A stretch of 63,833 nt of DNA, filler included, from Jimgerdemannia flammicorona (GCA_003990765.1; 2 parts of 2 records of this genome joined end to end with filler, not necessarily neighbours in it); one strand, 5' to 3'. Counted from the first letter of the whole stretch, positions 24,132-37,069 are shown. Notes: generated from the sequence alone by a model not told the origin. Translations and numbers: made by a program.

Positions 24132-27100
24132 TTTTGAAAGCTTGGCAGTTCACCTTCTTACTTTCGACTCTTGAAACTTTTCTGACTGTGAACCATGAAC
24201 AACTTCAACAGCAACAACAACAGGCTGCCTTAGCCAAATGGGCCAAGTTCATTTGGCAGGTCTCCAAGGTGGTCACGGTCAGCCTCCACCCTGCACTGCC
24301 AGATCCAGCTATCACAATTAAATGTGAACAACAGCATATCATTGATTCTCTCTTCCTCTGACAAATGGGATGCACCAGGGGCCCAGTCTCTGGACCTGAC
24401 AGGCACCCCAATGGTATGGATGATTATGCCCTCATTGATGATGATGGCAGTGATGAGGAATTCCTCACAGCCACAAGAACAAGAGCTCTTGGCCATTTTC
24501 ACATCCTGCCTATCTTCACTAATGTCATTCCCACCAAATGTGTCTATGTGTACCTCACCCCTCCCAGTCTTAGGAAGCTCATCTGCTGCAACCTGGAGCC
24601 CAAGGGTGGTGTCTTTCAAACTTCCTCCATTGACAAGGCATTTCTCGATGATTTCCCCAAAGCTGCTCAAGATGCTGACTATATCCTCACTGACTCACAA
24701 CACACAATCTACAACATACTCCACCCCATCGCCATTCTCTTCCATGCCCTTGAGCCATGGAGTGATGGGGCCGATATTTACCAAGGCTTGGTCCATGATG
24801 CTGTCATTACCCCTATGGTGAAAAAACTCCAAGACTCCCTTTGGATCAGATTCTATAAGGCAGAAAGCATCCACATCTGCCATTGGATTGATCTCACCAA
24901 AGCTGCAGGATGGTCTCCTGCCCTTATCTCTGCATGTCACATGATTGTATCTGGCTCTGAGTATGATGGTGACCTCTTTGGTGCCAACTTCATCTGCTAC
25001 TTCCAGGATGATACAAAATACCAGAAATACCAACTTATGGTTTGAGTGACCTCTAGCAAGCCCTCCACTCCTCAGAACAACTCCTCCTCCACTCATGGCA
25101 AATTCACCTCTAGGAGCCAGGGCTGGGAAAATGGATCCTGGGGTGACCAATACCCTGACTTCTGCCACTCTCCCAAATCTTCTCAGAACTGCACCCCAAG
25201 TCAGCGGGGCAGTTTCCAAAGCTGAACACCAGGGCCAGGCACAATAACACCCACCACCAACCTCTGAAGGATCCCTCCATATATTACTCCCTGGTCCTGA
25301 AGGTGTCCAATATCTCCAAGATGGGTGCCTGTCTGGCTCAGGTCCCTGAATCAGTTTGGCAAGCCCTAGGAGTCGACTGCTGGGTAAATAACATAGCCCA
25401 TAGCAAGACACACATCAATTGGATATATCTCCCAACACCACTATGCATCCGGCCCCACTTCTTATATGAATGAGACATGACCACCATGGAAAAAGCCCTG
25501 GTGGACATCACAGTCCAGGACTTCCATGACAAAGAGGCTACTTATGTGGCCTAACCTAGGGAAGAGCTCTTCTTCTCCAGCATCTTCACTATCCCCCAGA
25601 TTAACAAGAATTGGGCCTGCCTTGACACACATTCACTGAATGAGTTTGTGCAGCAATTGTACTTCAAGATAGAAGGTATTCAAATGCTCCACCACATGAT
25701 ATGCCCAGGGGACTTCCTCATCAAGATAGATATCAAGGATGTCTACCTCCACATTCTCCTCTACCCTACTGATCAACAGTTTCTAGTCTTCCAATGGTGA
25801 CAAATCAACCAGAAATTCCAGGCCATGCCATTCAGCCTATCTTTGGCCCCTCAAATCTGGATGAAGATAATGGCTGCCATTCTGGAACTACTATGGCAAT
25901 GCAGTATTTATCTCATCTACTATATTGATGATATCTGCCTACTGGTCTCCAGCTATGACGAAGCTATTCACTATAGCCAGATGGTCTGCAACCACCTGGA
26001 GACCTTGGGGTTCCTCCTCTATCTGACGAAATATGCATGGGAACCCAAGTAAGTTCAGATGTTCCTTGGGTTCCTGATAGATACCATTGCCATAGAGCTA
26101 TACCTACCAAGGGATAAGGTACATAAGATCTGCAAGGAGATGGCCTCCCTCCTCCATTGGGTCTCCAAATCCAGTATCCTGATCCACAAGATGGCCTCTC
26201 TGGTTGGCCTCTACAATTCCATGACCTAGGTCATCTTCCTCATATACTTTCATATTTGGGTACTCATCTACAATATACAGGCCACTCTCCACCACTCTGA
26301 TTGGAATGGATAGATGATACTTTCCCAGGCATCATTGACCAATCTCTATTAGTGGTCCCATGAAATGCTGGGATGGAATGGCTGCTCTCTCCTCACTGAG
26401 GTCCCCAAGATCACAGTGGACATGGATACCAGTGATGTGGGATGGAGATTTGAGATCTCCTCCTCCACTACCAACATCAGTTATGCTGCACAGTGGGCAG
26501 CTAGCACCTGGACATCCTTGGAGCACTGCCTGTCTATCAACTACTGTGAGCTGAAGACAGTTCTCTTTGCTCTCCAGATCAACTCATACCACTGGTAGAA
26601 CCATATGGTCCTGGTCTGGACAGACAATATGATCACACGGATGTTTGTCAACAAACAGAGAGACTCTCTCCACCACCTCCATATCATTGCAATGTGCATC
26701 TACTTGATCTGTATGATACACTGCATTCACCTCTTTACAAAATACCTCCCAGGTTTGGAGAATGTTCAGGTAGACTTTTTGAGCTACCTCCATTCTGACC
26801 CTGATAACTAGAAGCTGCACCCAGCAGTGTTCTGATGCCTATCCCACCTGTGGGGCCTGGTCCAACTCAACCTATTCACCTCACGAATCACCACACAGAC
26901 CCCCCTCTTCTACAGCTGGTGGGCTGACCCTGAAGCCTTAGGGATGGATGCTTTTGGACACTACTGGCCTCCAACCAGAGCATATATAAACCCTCCTTGG
27001 ATCCTGATCAATCACACACTCCGCAAGATGAAAGAGGACTGATGCTCTCACCTCATCCTCATCACCCCTTTCTGGCCATGACAGAGCTGGTGGCCCAAAC

Positions 27101-28259
27101 TCCTGGGAATGGTAGTAGCCCCCCCAATTCTCCTTCCATATTGGGCTCTGATAGCAGCTATACAGACATGCCATTGGGACACCCTTATCTGGCTAATCAG
27201 CAGCACTCTCCAAATACCACAGCACTGGTGAAGCCAGCTTGTGACCTCATCTATACCAGTATCTGGACCTCTTCTCATAAGAACTATAAGTCTACCTACC
27301 AACACTATATGTATCTGTTGGTATTGTCAATGGCATTTCGATCTCCTTCATATATCTACTGAGCAGCAGATGAACTGCCTTGTCCATCTCTTTCATGAGA
27401 GCATGAGCACCCAACAACTCCACAGCATCTGTACTGCCATTGGCCAATGGACCCCCACCATCGATGGTGTCCATTTCTCCAAACTCCCTATAGTCTCTCA
27501 CCTCATCTGAGGGGCAGGCAACTTATACCCCCTCTTACCCAAGAATAAGGCCCAGTGGTGGAATGTCTCTGTTCTCATCTACTGGTTGGCATCTTTGGGC
27601 CCCTTTGACTCTATTGAGTGGTGAGTCCTGCATGGTAAGAAAACTCATACCCTTTTAATACTTTGCACATCATGGTATATCATAAGTGACTTTACCCAAT
27701 GTCAGGCAACCATGGATTTTCAGGGTGGCCAAGGTGACTGGCCCACCAAAATGGTTCTTACTGCAGACATAACTAAGAAATGTATGCCTGACTCTCCCTT
27801 CAAAACCTCCTGCCCTATCTCAGTGCTTCTGGAGGATAAGGATATATACCCGGTATACTGGATCTACTGCTGGATGCACAAAACAGAACCCCTATGCCCA
27901 CCACATGGCGGAGACCACCTCTTTATCAGCACACACTCTCCCCATCACAACTTAACTGCTGACCATCTTTGCAACTGGTTTTCAGAATGCATAGTGGCTG
28001 CTGGCATCAACCCCATCCACCACCCCCATTCTGTTCAGGCAGAATCCTCTACTGAGGCATTGGAAGGGGGAACCCCATTGATGAAGTCCTGGAGAGCGGG
28101 AACTGGAGCTCTAAGACCACTTTTGAATGTCACTACCATCTATCCTACAGGTCGCTGGTTCTTTCCAAGACCTCTTGGGCAAAATCTTTGGTGTACACAA
28201 TCCTCCAGTATAAGGTCACTATGCTGGCCCAGCACTCCACTCATCTCTAATCTATGAAC

Positions 28260-28380
28260 AACCAATTCTGAAATGGTCTGAGACCAAGTGAAGCTTAGTC
28301 TTGGATGGATAAGGCACTGTAAGTGCCGAAGTCTGTCCCAGACTTTGTGAGCTTGGGGAGGACCATGAAGAGTTGGTTTC
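28260..28380 (+). repeat. DIRS internal complementary region (ICR)
   Basis: 28260-28300 is complementary to the left terminus 23936-23975. 28301-28380 is complementary to the right terminus 28655-28735. Confidence 0.9.
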
Positions 28381-28502
28381 CCACCCATCCCCACCCTTTC
28401 CACTTCCTTTTTGTGGGTTCTTCTTTTCCCCAATGGCCCCAGCCACCAGGGGGTTTTTTCTTTTTTCCTTACTTCTACTTCAGGCTCACTGCCAATCTTT
28501 CT

Positions 28503-28667
28503 TGGCTAAGGGAACTCCATGGGAGCAGGGACACTTTTATTACTATGTTTTACACAAATGTCTCACACATATGTCTTAGACAGATGAATTCGCAGTTACA
28601 TGTAAAACCACTATTTCTAAGACAAATAAAGCACGCCATCGCTTTCTAGATGGCAGAAATCAACTCT
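28503..28667 (+). repeat. DIRS right inverted terminal repeat
   Basis: Reverse complement of 23967-24131. Confidence 0.92.
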
Positions 28668-31482
28668 TCACGGTCCTCCCCAAGCTCGCAAAGTCTGGGA
28701 CAGACTTCGGCGCCTACGGCGCCTCGTCCATCCGGGATTTCATTGCTCGCGGATACTATTGATCTACCGTTGACCGTTTTATTTAAAAAATCATAAGCTA
28801 GATCCACAACAAGCTTGGGGACGAGAGATCGGTCTGGTTGAGAGCGCAGGTCCAAAGTCTGGAAACAAGACCAAAATCGTATCTGACACGCTCAAGATAA
28901 AAAAAAATTTAAGAGACATGCTCAGTGCTCTTGACCGTGCTCTTCCATCTAGAGGGCACTCGACGATTCTGGATTCCGTACGGTCCAAAATTTTCCTACC
29001 AGCGATCACCTTTTCCGCCTGGACATTTCGGATAATCGGAATGTGTACATTTGAAGAAAAGGATACTATGGCGTTGTGGATGTTGCAACATTTACAATTC
29101 CTTTAGAAACCGGCAACATACGCAATGGGCTTAAATGCTGCAAAATCTATCATCGTCACTAAGGTAAGATTCTACATTGATATTGGTAAATCCGTCTAGA
29201 TTTGCTGTAGTAATCATAATTCTCTTCAACAATAGCACATCCTCCAAGAAGTTACTGACACCTTTAAGACGTGCATCGAGTTCGATCATGAGGAAGTCTT
29301 GGAGACATCCCTTGAGCTGGTGACATCAACAGAAATTAGGACACCTTCGAAGAACGTGAAGAGGAAATAATTTCTTGTAACATTGCATTGCAGGTGTAAA
29401 TATTTTGAAGTTTCTGTGAAAAAGCTGTAGAAAAAGTCATATCTGCCTACCATATATTTTTGTCTCGTTTGCAAGAGTTGAGTTCCTAAAATTAAAGCCA
29501 TCTGATTTTTGCTGTGTTAAATGTGATTTCCCAATTTCGGAAAAACTCTTAGTACACAAAACAAAACGTTGTTGTGACACCTGGCTTTGTAGTCCGCTGG
29601 CATTTTCCAATCGTCTGCCCTCACCTATTGGGAATGACATGGAATTGGATCTTTCCAAATCCTCGCTTGCTATGTGATCCTGTTCCATCTGGTGTCATTC
29701 ATGGAAGGCGGGCAAGATATGCGACTACATCGCCAAGATGTGTATGAAGGAAACAGATACTCTTATCAAGCACGCGTACGAGTCGACAACATCACATACG
29801 GAAAACGATCAAGGTCAGGATCGCGACGATCTCATTTCCGCGCCGCATCCCTCAGATCTTTTTCGCTCTCTTCCTCTTAAAAACACTTACATAGTTCGGC
29901 ACAACCCTCACACGGCTTCTCTATCAAGCTTTCCCATCGAGATACAGGATATCAGAGAACATGAGTAAAAAGTGTCGCGTTCCCAACCTGATTAGCAGGA
30001 AAAAGAAATGGAGAGAACCAAGGAGACGAGAATCCAGAAATGTGTGGGTATCAAACACGAAGAGAATGAGAGATGTGCTTGATCTGCCATCGGCGTCCTG
30101 CAACTCCTGCACGGACCCAAGATCCTTCCGGTCCTTTGCTTTGTCGTAAACTAGCAACTCGGCCTTGAGTATGCAGTCTTCGTTGTAATTTGTGGCAAAA
30201 GTGCCAAATAATGACGAGGATGAAAGGGAAGAGGCGAACACACATCGAGCGAACGGCCTAACGCGGATTTGATGATCCTACGAAATAGATGTATGTTAAG
30301 GCCATAGTGCACACAAACCGAGGCGTGCAAAATAATACATGTACATGTACCTTCACGTTTCCGCGTGCTCCCTCATCAAGTTACGCTTACTCTTACTGAA
30401 AACAGCGATTTGTCGATCAGACGGCTGAGAGGCATCGAAGTGAATCTGTATCCTGTGTAGATTGCAGAGAATGAGTTGAGAAACCTTTTATAGCAAAAAG
30501 GCAATATGACCCCAAATACAACCCCACCAGCTCCTCCATCCAACACCATGGGCAGACACCTCAAACGTACATCTCGCCATTGTACTTCAATTCCGCGAAA
30601 CATAACCCGGTGCCCAGGACCTCGCGCACGTGTTCCACGCTGCGGCGCCTTTCACACGGCATGATCCAGAGAAGCGTGAACCGAACGGGTGAGCCCGACC
30701 GGTATTGATACCACTCCGTGATTAACCTTTTCTCACTCGTACGGGAAATTCCCAAAATCAGTCCCACGTTGAATCCAAGAAGAATTGGGCTGTAAAAATC
30801 TGCACGCCCGGCTTCGGTCCTGGAGTCGATGCCTGGCGATGAGTTGGGGTCGCAGAACGTCAATAAGCTGAATAAAATGATGGAAATCACGACGACATTC
30901 ATGAAGCGACACTTCCGCTATCATCAAGCACATCTTACATACCTTGCGCGATGACCCCCTCGATGCACTCTTGAGATCAGTGTGTTCGTGTGATTGAAAG
31001 AACGTTACGGGACAGGAGAATATCAGTCAAGCTCTACTTGGCTAAATCCAGATCATTTTCATGGACCTATCGGATTTGGAGAACTCCTGCCGAAGTTGGT
31101 CTTACATATGGTAGACGATAGATACGCAGGAATACCCAAACGGAAAGGCGGAGCGGTGACATGTATTTGAGGATGCGTGCTATTTTTTTTTTGATGGATT
31201 TTTGGCACAAGATGAGGTACTGATTAGTGACCGTTCAGAAGTGTGAGAATGACGAATGAACAAGCGGATATGAATACACCTCCCCTTTTTTAATTTTTTT
31301 ATTTATTCTAACCGTCCACTTCCCCGTTCATCATCACAACATATATTTATATTTGGGGCGCTCAAAATGTTCAAAACCACACCACACCTTAAAAAGAGTT
31401 CATAATGCTTCTTGTGCTCCATGCCAAGTAGGAATACAAGCTGACGGCCAGCAGGTGTGGCCGTAGGAAGAGCAGGACTATA

Positions 31483-31705
31483 CCTCGCCCGTATTCGCCC
31501 AAATTCTATGACGTTCACTGAAACGCATGAATGGCGTTTTCTATGTCGTACGCTTACAACCAAATCCCTCGCCCGTATTCGCCCAAATTCTATGACGTTC
31601 ACTGAAACGCATGAATGGCGTTTTCTATGTCGTACGCTTACAACCAAATCCCTCGCCCGTATTCGCCCAAATTCTATGACGTTCACTGAAACGCATGAAT
31701 GGCGT
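31483..31705 (+). repeat. Perfect 84 bp tandem repeat, ~2.6 copies
   Basis: Units start at 31483, 31567 and 31651. The ORF track shows a matching 28-aa periodicity. Confidence 0.95.
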
Positions 31706-31875
31706 ATGCCATGAGAAACCAATCACACTCTACCAATCCGCCCTCGCTATATTTACCCCCTACCGCCGTAATCCCCCACCATTATCTCCTTTCATTCTCA
31801 CCAACGCTGCTATCTAAAAGTTGAGTATAATGTCCTATGTGTTTGCACACAAGAAAGCTTACTTATTTCGAAAGA

Positions 31876-31975
31876 NNNNNNNNNNNNNNNNNNNNNNNNN
31901 NNNNNNNNNNNNNNNNNNNTTAATTAATTAANNNNNNNNNNNNNNNNNNNNNNNNNNNNNNNNNNNNNNNNNNNN
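31876..31975. other. Artificial assembly linker (44 N + TTAATTAATTAA + 44 N)
   Basis: Exactly 100 bp and symmetric, with a six-frame stop linker at 31920-31931. Confidence 0.95.
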
Positions 31976-32034
31976 GTTCCCTTCCAATAAAAATCCGTGG
32001 GACATGAGTCCATAAAACAAAAAAAAAAAAATAT

Positions 32035-32720
32035 AAGCATAAGTATAAGCTTTGCTCTGCTCAGCTGATAGTTGATATTATATGATATTAGTTTATATAT
32101 ATATTATATCAGCTTATCAGACTGAGCTTATCCAGGCTTACAAGTGTAAGACTTGCAAGTACAAGGCTTATAAAGCCTGGCTTATACAAATCTCACTCAA
32201 ACATTGCTTACAAATCTTACTTTAATCTTACTTACAAATCTCACTCAAATCTTACTATAAATCTCACTACAAATCTCACTCAAATATACTATAAATCTCA
32301 CTCAAACATTATTGCAAATCTTGCTCAATCGGAGCTTATGCAGAATATGCTGAATTATGCAGAGAGGAGTAGAATATAGTAAGGAAAGCTTCAGATTACA
32401 AGCATAAGTATAAGTATAAGCTTTGCTCTGCTTAGCTGATAGCTAATATTATATGATATCAGCTTATATATGTATATATTATATCAGCTTGTCAGACTGA
32501 ACTTGTTCAGACTTGTAAGTACAAGGCTTGCAAAGTCTAGCTTATACAAATATCACTCAAACATTGCTTGCAAATCTTGCTTTAATCTTGTTACAAATCT
32601 CACTTGAATCTCACTACAAATCTTGCTGCAAATCTCACTCAAATATACTACAAATCTTGCTTAAATATTATTGTAAACCTTGCTCAATTAGAGCTTATAC
32701 AGAATATACTGAATTATGTA
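32035..32720 (+). repeat. Diverged ~370 bp tandem duplication with internal AAATCTCACTCAAA-like subrepeats
   Basis: 'gcataagtataagctttgctctgc..agctgatag' occurs at ~32037 and ~32402. Both copies end near 'gagcttat.cagaatat.ctgaattatg'. Confidence 0.75.
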
Positions 32721-33354
32721 AAACATACTGAATCTCCAAAGTATGTTTGCTGTTTGCAGTTGTGTGATGGGTATCAGTTCACTACCTGTGCAAATTTATT
32801 CATCTATTCTCTATCTATAATTGATCTTTGGCTATTGCACCTTATGCTACTACCTCATTACTCTCTATCTTACTGTCTCCCTTACCGACTTCTGTTCCAG
32901 GCCCTACAGTTCCTGGCTTCTCCTGGTGCTCACCACCCCCAACTCTCTGTCCTCAACTTTCTGCCCCCTAGTTCACTATCCCCCCAACTCATTTCCCAGT
33001 TTACTACTCCCTAGCTTACTACTTCCTAGTCACTTTTCAGCTCTTGACCTCCTACTCAAGCTCTCAGTCTTTGCTATTATCAAACACTTTTCAAAATATC
33101 TAAAGATCAAGAAGTATATTTAGGAGAAATCTCAGAACCATCAGATAATATATTAGATATCTTCACTAATTCATTATCACTAATAAGTATAAGAATAAAA
33201 ACCTAGTGATAGCTGGATATAGAATCATGTTACAAAGATAGTTTTATACATTGTACTAATAGTTGTATTCATAGAGATGGTTGGTCTCATCAGTCATAAG
33301 GGTGGTCAGTTATAAGAGTAATTGGTTGTAAGTAGTTAAGGTTCTAATATAATT

Positions 33355-33394
<40 letters not shown>

Positions 33395-33439
33395 TTCTAA
33401 TATAGTCTCATATCTCTCTATTCAAATAGAATTTACAAA

Positions 33440-36400
33440 GTAAGCTCATCAGTTGTAACCATTGCATAACTTGGAGCTATATATTGAAGAATGTCAATAT
33501 TAATAATCTTAAATAATATCTCTGGAAGCATCATAATACTATACTCTTACCTCTCTAGTGTGCTGGGAATCCTTACTGGTCTAAGAAAGATGATATTGTA
33601 AATATAGATAGAATGGAATTCAGAAAGTACTTAAGAGGTTATTAGAAAAATAATTTATCAAATTTTATTATTATAAATAGAAATATACTAGTAAGACTTT
33701 AAGTGATAAAAATTTCTATCAGTTAATTGCCAACTTTATTGTCACTAGATATTAGCCATTTTCCACTATTGAAAACTCTGGCTTCAAGTATCTTCTTTAC
33801 ATATTATGCTCTGATCTAGTCCTTCTATCAACTGATATGATTTCATAAGTTATTCAAAAGAAATTTAAACTATTGCAGACTTAAGTGAAAGTAAGCCTAG
33901 CAGGGCTTAAGTTGAAAGTATTACTTATACTTGATTATTGGATATTAAATATTAATATTAGTGAAATAACACACATAGGTACCAATCTTACAAAAAGTCT
34001 GAAGCTAATAATAGATGATTTATTGCTTAGTGATAATTAAATTATTACTATTGTGTATAATAATACTAGTAATAATGATACTCTATTTGAGAATCTCTAT
34101 TATCTGCTTACTCATATATACTATTTTGAATATATGTTGAATCTTATCATTTATAATGCTCTTGGTTCTCTTAGCAAGCCCATTGGAAGCTATAAGAGTT
34201 AATAAAGAAGATTAAAAATTCAGTACAATGATAAGTACAACTGGTAAAAGTCTGTGAATTCTTCAGAATTCTCATTTTGAAGCCTCTCTTAGATATTATG
34301 ATAAGATAGAGTTCTTTACATAAAATGTTAACATATGCTTTAGAGATTTGTAAGATAAGATTTTGAATCTATTTATATAGATTTTGGAATGTAATTCAGA
34401 AGTACAGTGACTTACAAAACTGGTCCAATGTTTTATTATTTTTTACTTTTTATTATTTTAAAAATAGAAAAAAAAATAGAAAAAATATGAAACTAAAGTA
34501 TGTTGTAGCCCTATATTTGAAGTTTCCATAGATCATAATTTTGTCATATTTGGTATTATTTTTGCTATTGAAAATAATTTTTAAAAAAGTCCATGCATTG
34601 GACTAGTTTTGGAATGACCATCTCAATAAATATATTTTTGTATTACAGATCATCAAAAAATCGCTGTATAAGCCAGAAATTTTGCATGATTATTCTCTTA
34701 ACCCCTCTCTACACACTCAATTTTTTTTTTTTTTTTTTCTATCTCTTTTTTTATTTTTAAAAAAAAATGAGAAAAATCTTATTGGATACTCAAAAAACGT
34801 CATTGCTCTGCTAAACTTGGGCATAGCGACACGTCAAATCACTGAACAGACTGGTGTTAGCAAGACAACTATAATCCATATTAAAAAGGAGCATTGCTCT
34901 ACTACATTGTTGAAAGGAGATCATTCAAAAATACTCTCAGATTATAACAAATCATGGATTGTTTACCAGGTGACCAGTGGCAATGCTGATATGGCCCCTG
35001 AGGTTGCAAAACTACTCCAAGAAGATGGCCAAGCAAAAGCCAGTACCCAAATGGTGCATTGTACCCTGAAGAAAGCTGGTTTGAAGGCTGCTGTAAAACA
35101 AAAGAAACCCCTACTCTTCCACCAATATATAAAAGCTTGATACAAATTTGCATACAAGTATAAAGAGTGGACAGTTGATGATTGGAAGTGCATTATATTC
35201 TCTGATGAGACCAAAATCAACTGTTTTGGGTCTGACAGTTGACAATGGATATGGAAACACCAAGGTGAACCATTGATAGTGAACTATGTGACACCAACTT
35301 TAAAGTTTGAGGGTGGTTCCATTATGGTTTGGGGCTGCATGAATTACTGTGGTGCCGGGTACACATGCAAGATCGAAGGAAAAATGAATGCCGAGCTTTA
35401 CCAAAGCATCCTTGACAACGAATTAAAGAAATTGATCAAGTATTTCAAGATCAATCGAAAATAACTGATATTTCAACAGGACAATGACTTGAAGCATACA
35501 TCACACATGGCAACGAAATGGTTCAAGGATAACCACATTCATCTTTTAGACTGGCTGGTGTAGTCTCCAGACCTAAGCCCAATCGAGCACCTGTGGGCAC
35601 ATCTCAAAAGACAGCTCAATCTATATGAGGAACCGCTGAAGGGCATACACAAGCTTTGGGAACATATGGAAGAAGAATGGAATGTAGCCAAGTATGTAAG
35701 GATTTAATCGATAGTATGCCAAGGTGTGTTGGCATGGTGTATAAGGCAAAGGGAGGCTATGTAAAGTATTAACCAGTATTGTATTTAGTATTTTTTGAGA
35801 TGGTTATTCCAAAACTGGTCCAATGTGCAGATTTTTTTAAAAATTATTTTTATAGCAAAAACAATACCAAATATGATAAAATTATAATCTATGGAAACTT
35901 CAGATATAGGGCTACAACATACTTTAGTTTCATATTTTTTCTATTTTTTTTTTCTATTTTTAAAATAATAAAAAGTAAAAAATAATGAAACATTGGACCA
36001 GTTTTGGAAGTCACTTATTTTGGTACTAAATAAATTGATATTATATCCAAATAGGGCTTAGATATATTGTGTACCATAGATAAGCAAATGAGCAATATAT
36101 ATGAAGATATATGGCAATAATTTGAATTGATTTGCTAATTTCTTGAGCCTTTTGCCAAAGTGACAACTATGATGTTAGCTTTGAAGTATCCTATAATAGC
36201 AGCTGTTATTTTACTATTTAATCAGCTATGTAATTATCTTGAAGATATCATTGATACATATCAAACTAGTGAAAATTTTAATCAAGTATATATATGATTT
36301 TGAAAGTAATTTTATTTGTGAATTTAGGAACTAATTTAGTAAGTAATTGAGAAGTAAAATGTATATATTTCTATTTATTTTTTATTTTTTATAAATAATA

Positions 36401-36995
36401 CTTATTGCTGCTAAGAATGCACATATGAAACTTCTAAAGTATTACTGCAAGATAACACCATTATATAGCATAGCTTTAGCCTTAGATCTATATATCAATA
36501 TATATTATTTCTATTATAAGTAATGGAAAAAATCCTTAATTGATAAATGGAAGAATCAGATAGAATATATTTGGAAAAAGAAGTATAAGCATATTAATAC
36601 TGTTATTATATCCTCAATATCTCATGAAGCTGATGATTTTATCAACTCAATATATAAGAAAAAACAGCACATTAATATGAATGATGAGCTTGAATAGTAA
36701 GTGTTGTTTTTATGTTTTTTGGTTAACTTGGTTGATTTTCATTTATATTTCTCTATTTCAGTTATTTGTTAGAGAATCTAGCTGATCCTCATATAGATAT
36801 ACTGGATTGGTGATAGTAAAATAAGTCAGTATATTCTAATTTTTTATGAATGGCTCATAATTATCTTGCTATTTCAGTGACATCTATTCCATCTGAATAT
36901 ACTTTTTCTATTGCTGGTGAGCTGGTAACTGAACATCAAAACAGCTTATATGTAAATATAATTTGTGCATACATATGTTTAGATTCTTGGTAGTC
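33440..36995 (+). mobile_element. hAT transposase remnant (intron-containing), split by a Tc1 insertion
   Basis: BED-like 'CNHC..LWKHH' (~33450-33535). 'PFSTIENSGFK' (~33757). 'NNTSNND' (~34060). 'FLEPFAKVTTMM..KYP' (~36140-36195). Dimerisation-domain-like 'MAHNYLAISVTSIPSEYTFSIAG' (~36850-36920). Confidence 0.85.
34405..36015 (+). mobile_element. Tc1-family (DD34E) DNA transposon with ~225 bp TIRs
   Basis: TA|CAGTGACT...AGTCACT|TA ends. TIRs at ~34405-34630 and ~35790-36015. Transposase ~34767-35772 with 'FSDETK', 'FQQDND' and, 34 residues later, 'SPDLSPIEHLW'. Stops and frameshifts present. Confidence 0.93.
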
Positions 36996-37069
36996 TTTAG
37001 ATATTTTTCACTTCCAATTGCTCTAAATATTATCCAAATATTATCTAAATTATTTTTTTAGAGTAGAGT

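Larger units (their letters stand above)
23936..28736 (+). mobile_element. DIRS1-like tyrosine-recombinase retrotransposon (gag, RT, RNase H, methyltransferase, YR), degenerate
   Basis: RT 'KIDIKDVYLH', 'MPFSLSLAP' and 'YIDD' (25921). RNase H 'MDTSDVGW', 'INYCEL' and 'WTDN'. Methyltransferase 'NLFTS...NPPW' (~26869-27000). YR 'SCPI..CPV-like..HSVQAESST' (27712-28100). ITRs and ICR are present. Confidence 0.92.
21860..29380 (+). pseudogene. Multi-exon Crinkler-like / PD-(D/E)xK nuclease-fold gene, interrupted by a DIRS element in an intron
   Basis: 5' exon 'YFEDTHPSEWSYLGFLEAL'. 'GEVCSRASRERK...GSKVDWIFC' ends at GTAAGT (23896). The frame resumes after AAG (28797) with 'LDPQQAWGREIGLVESAG...SDTLKIKKNLRDML'. 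Family assignment is by motif recall only. Confidence 0.55.

Noticed and set aside
24695..25411. 238-aa minus-strand ORF
   Set aside because: Antisense to DIRS gag, with no independent support.
29600..30950. Additional gene(s), e.g. 'TEAGRADFY' in ORF 30561-30902
   Set aside because: The composition is coding-like but no consistent exon chain or recognisable domain could be supported.
31483..31705. CRISPR-like array
   Set aside because: Units are contiguous and identical with no unique spacers. There are no cas genes and the context is eukaryotic.
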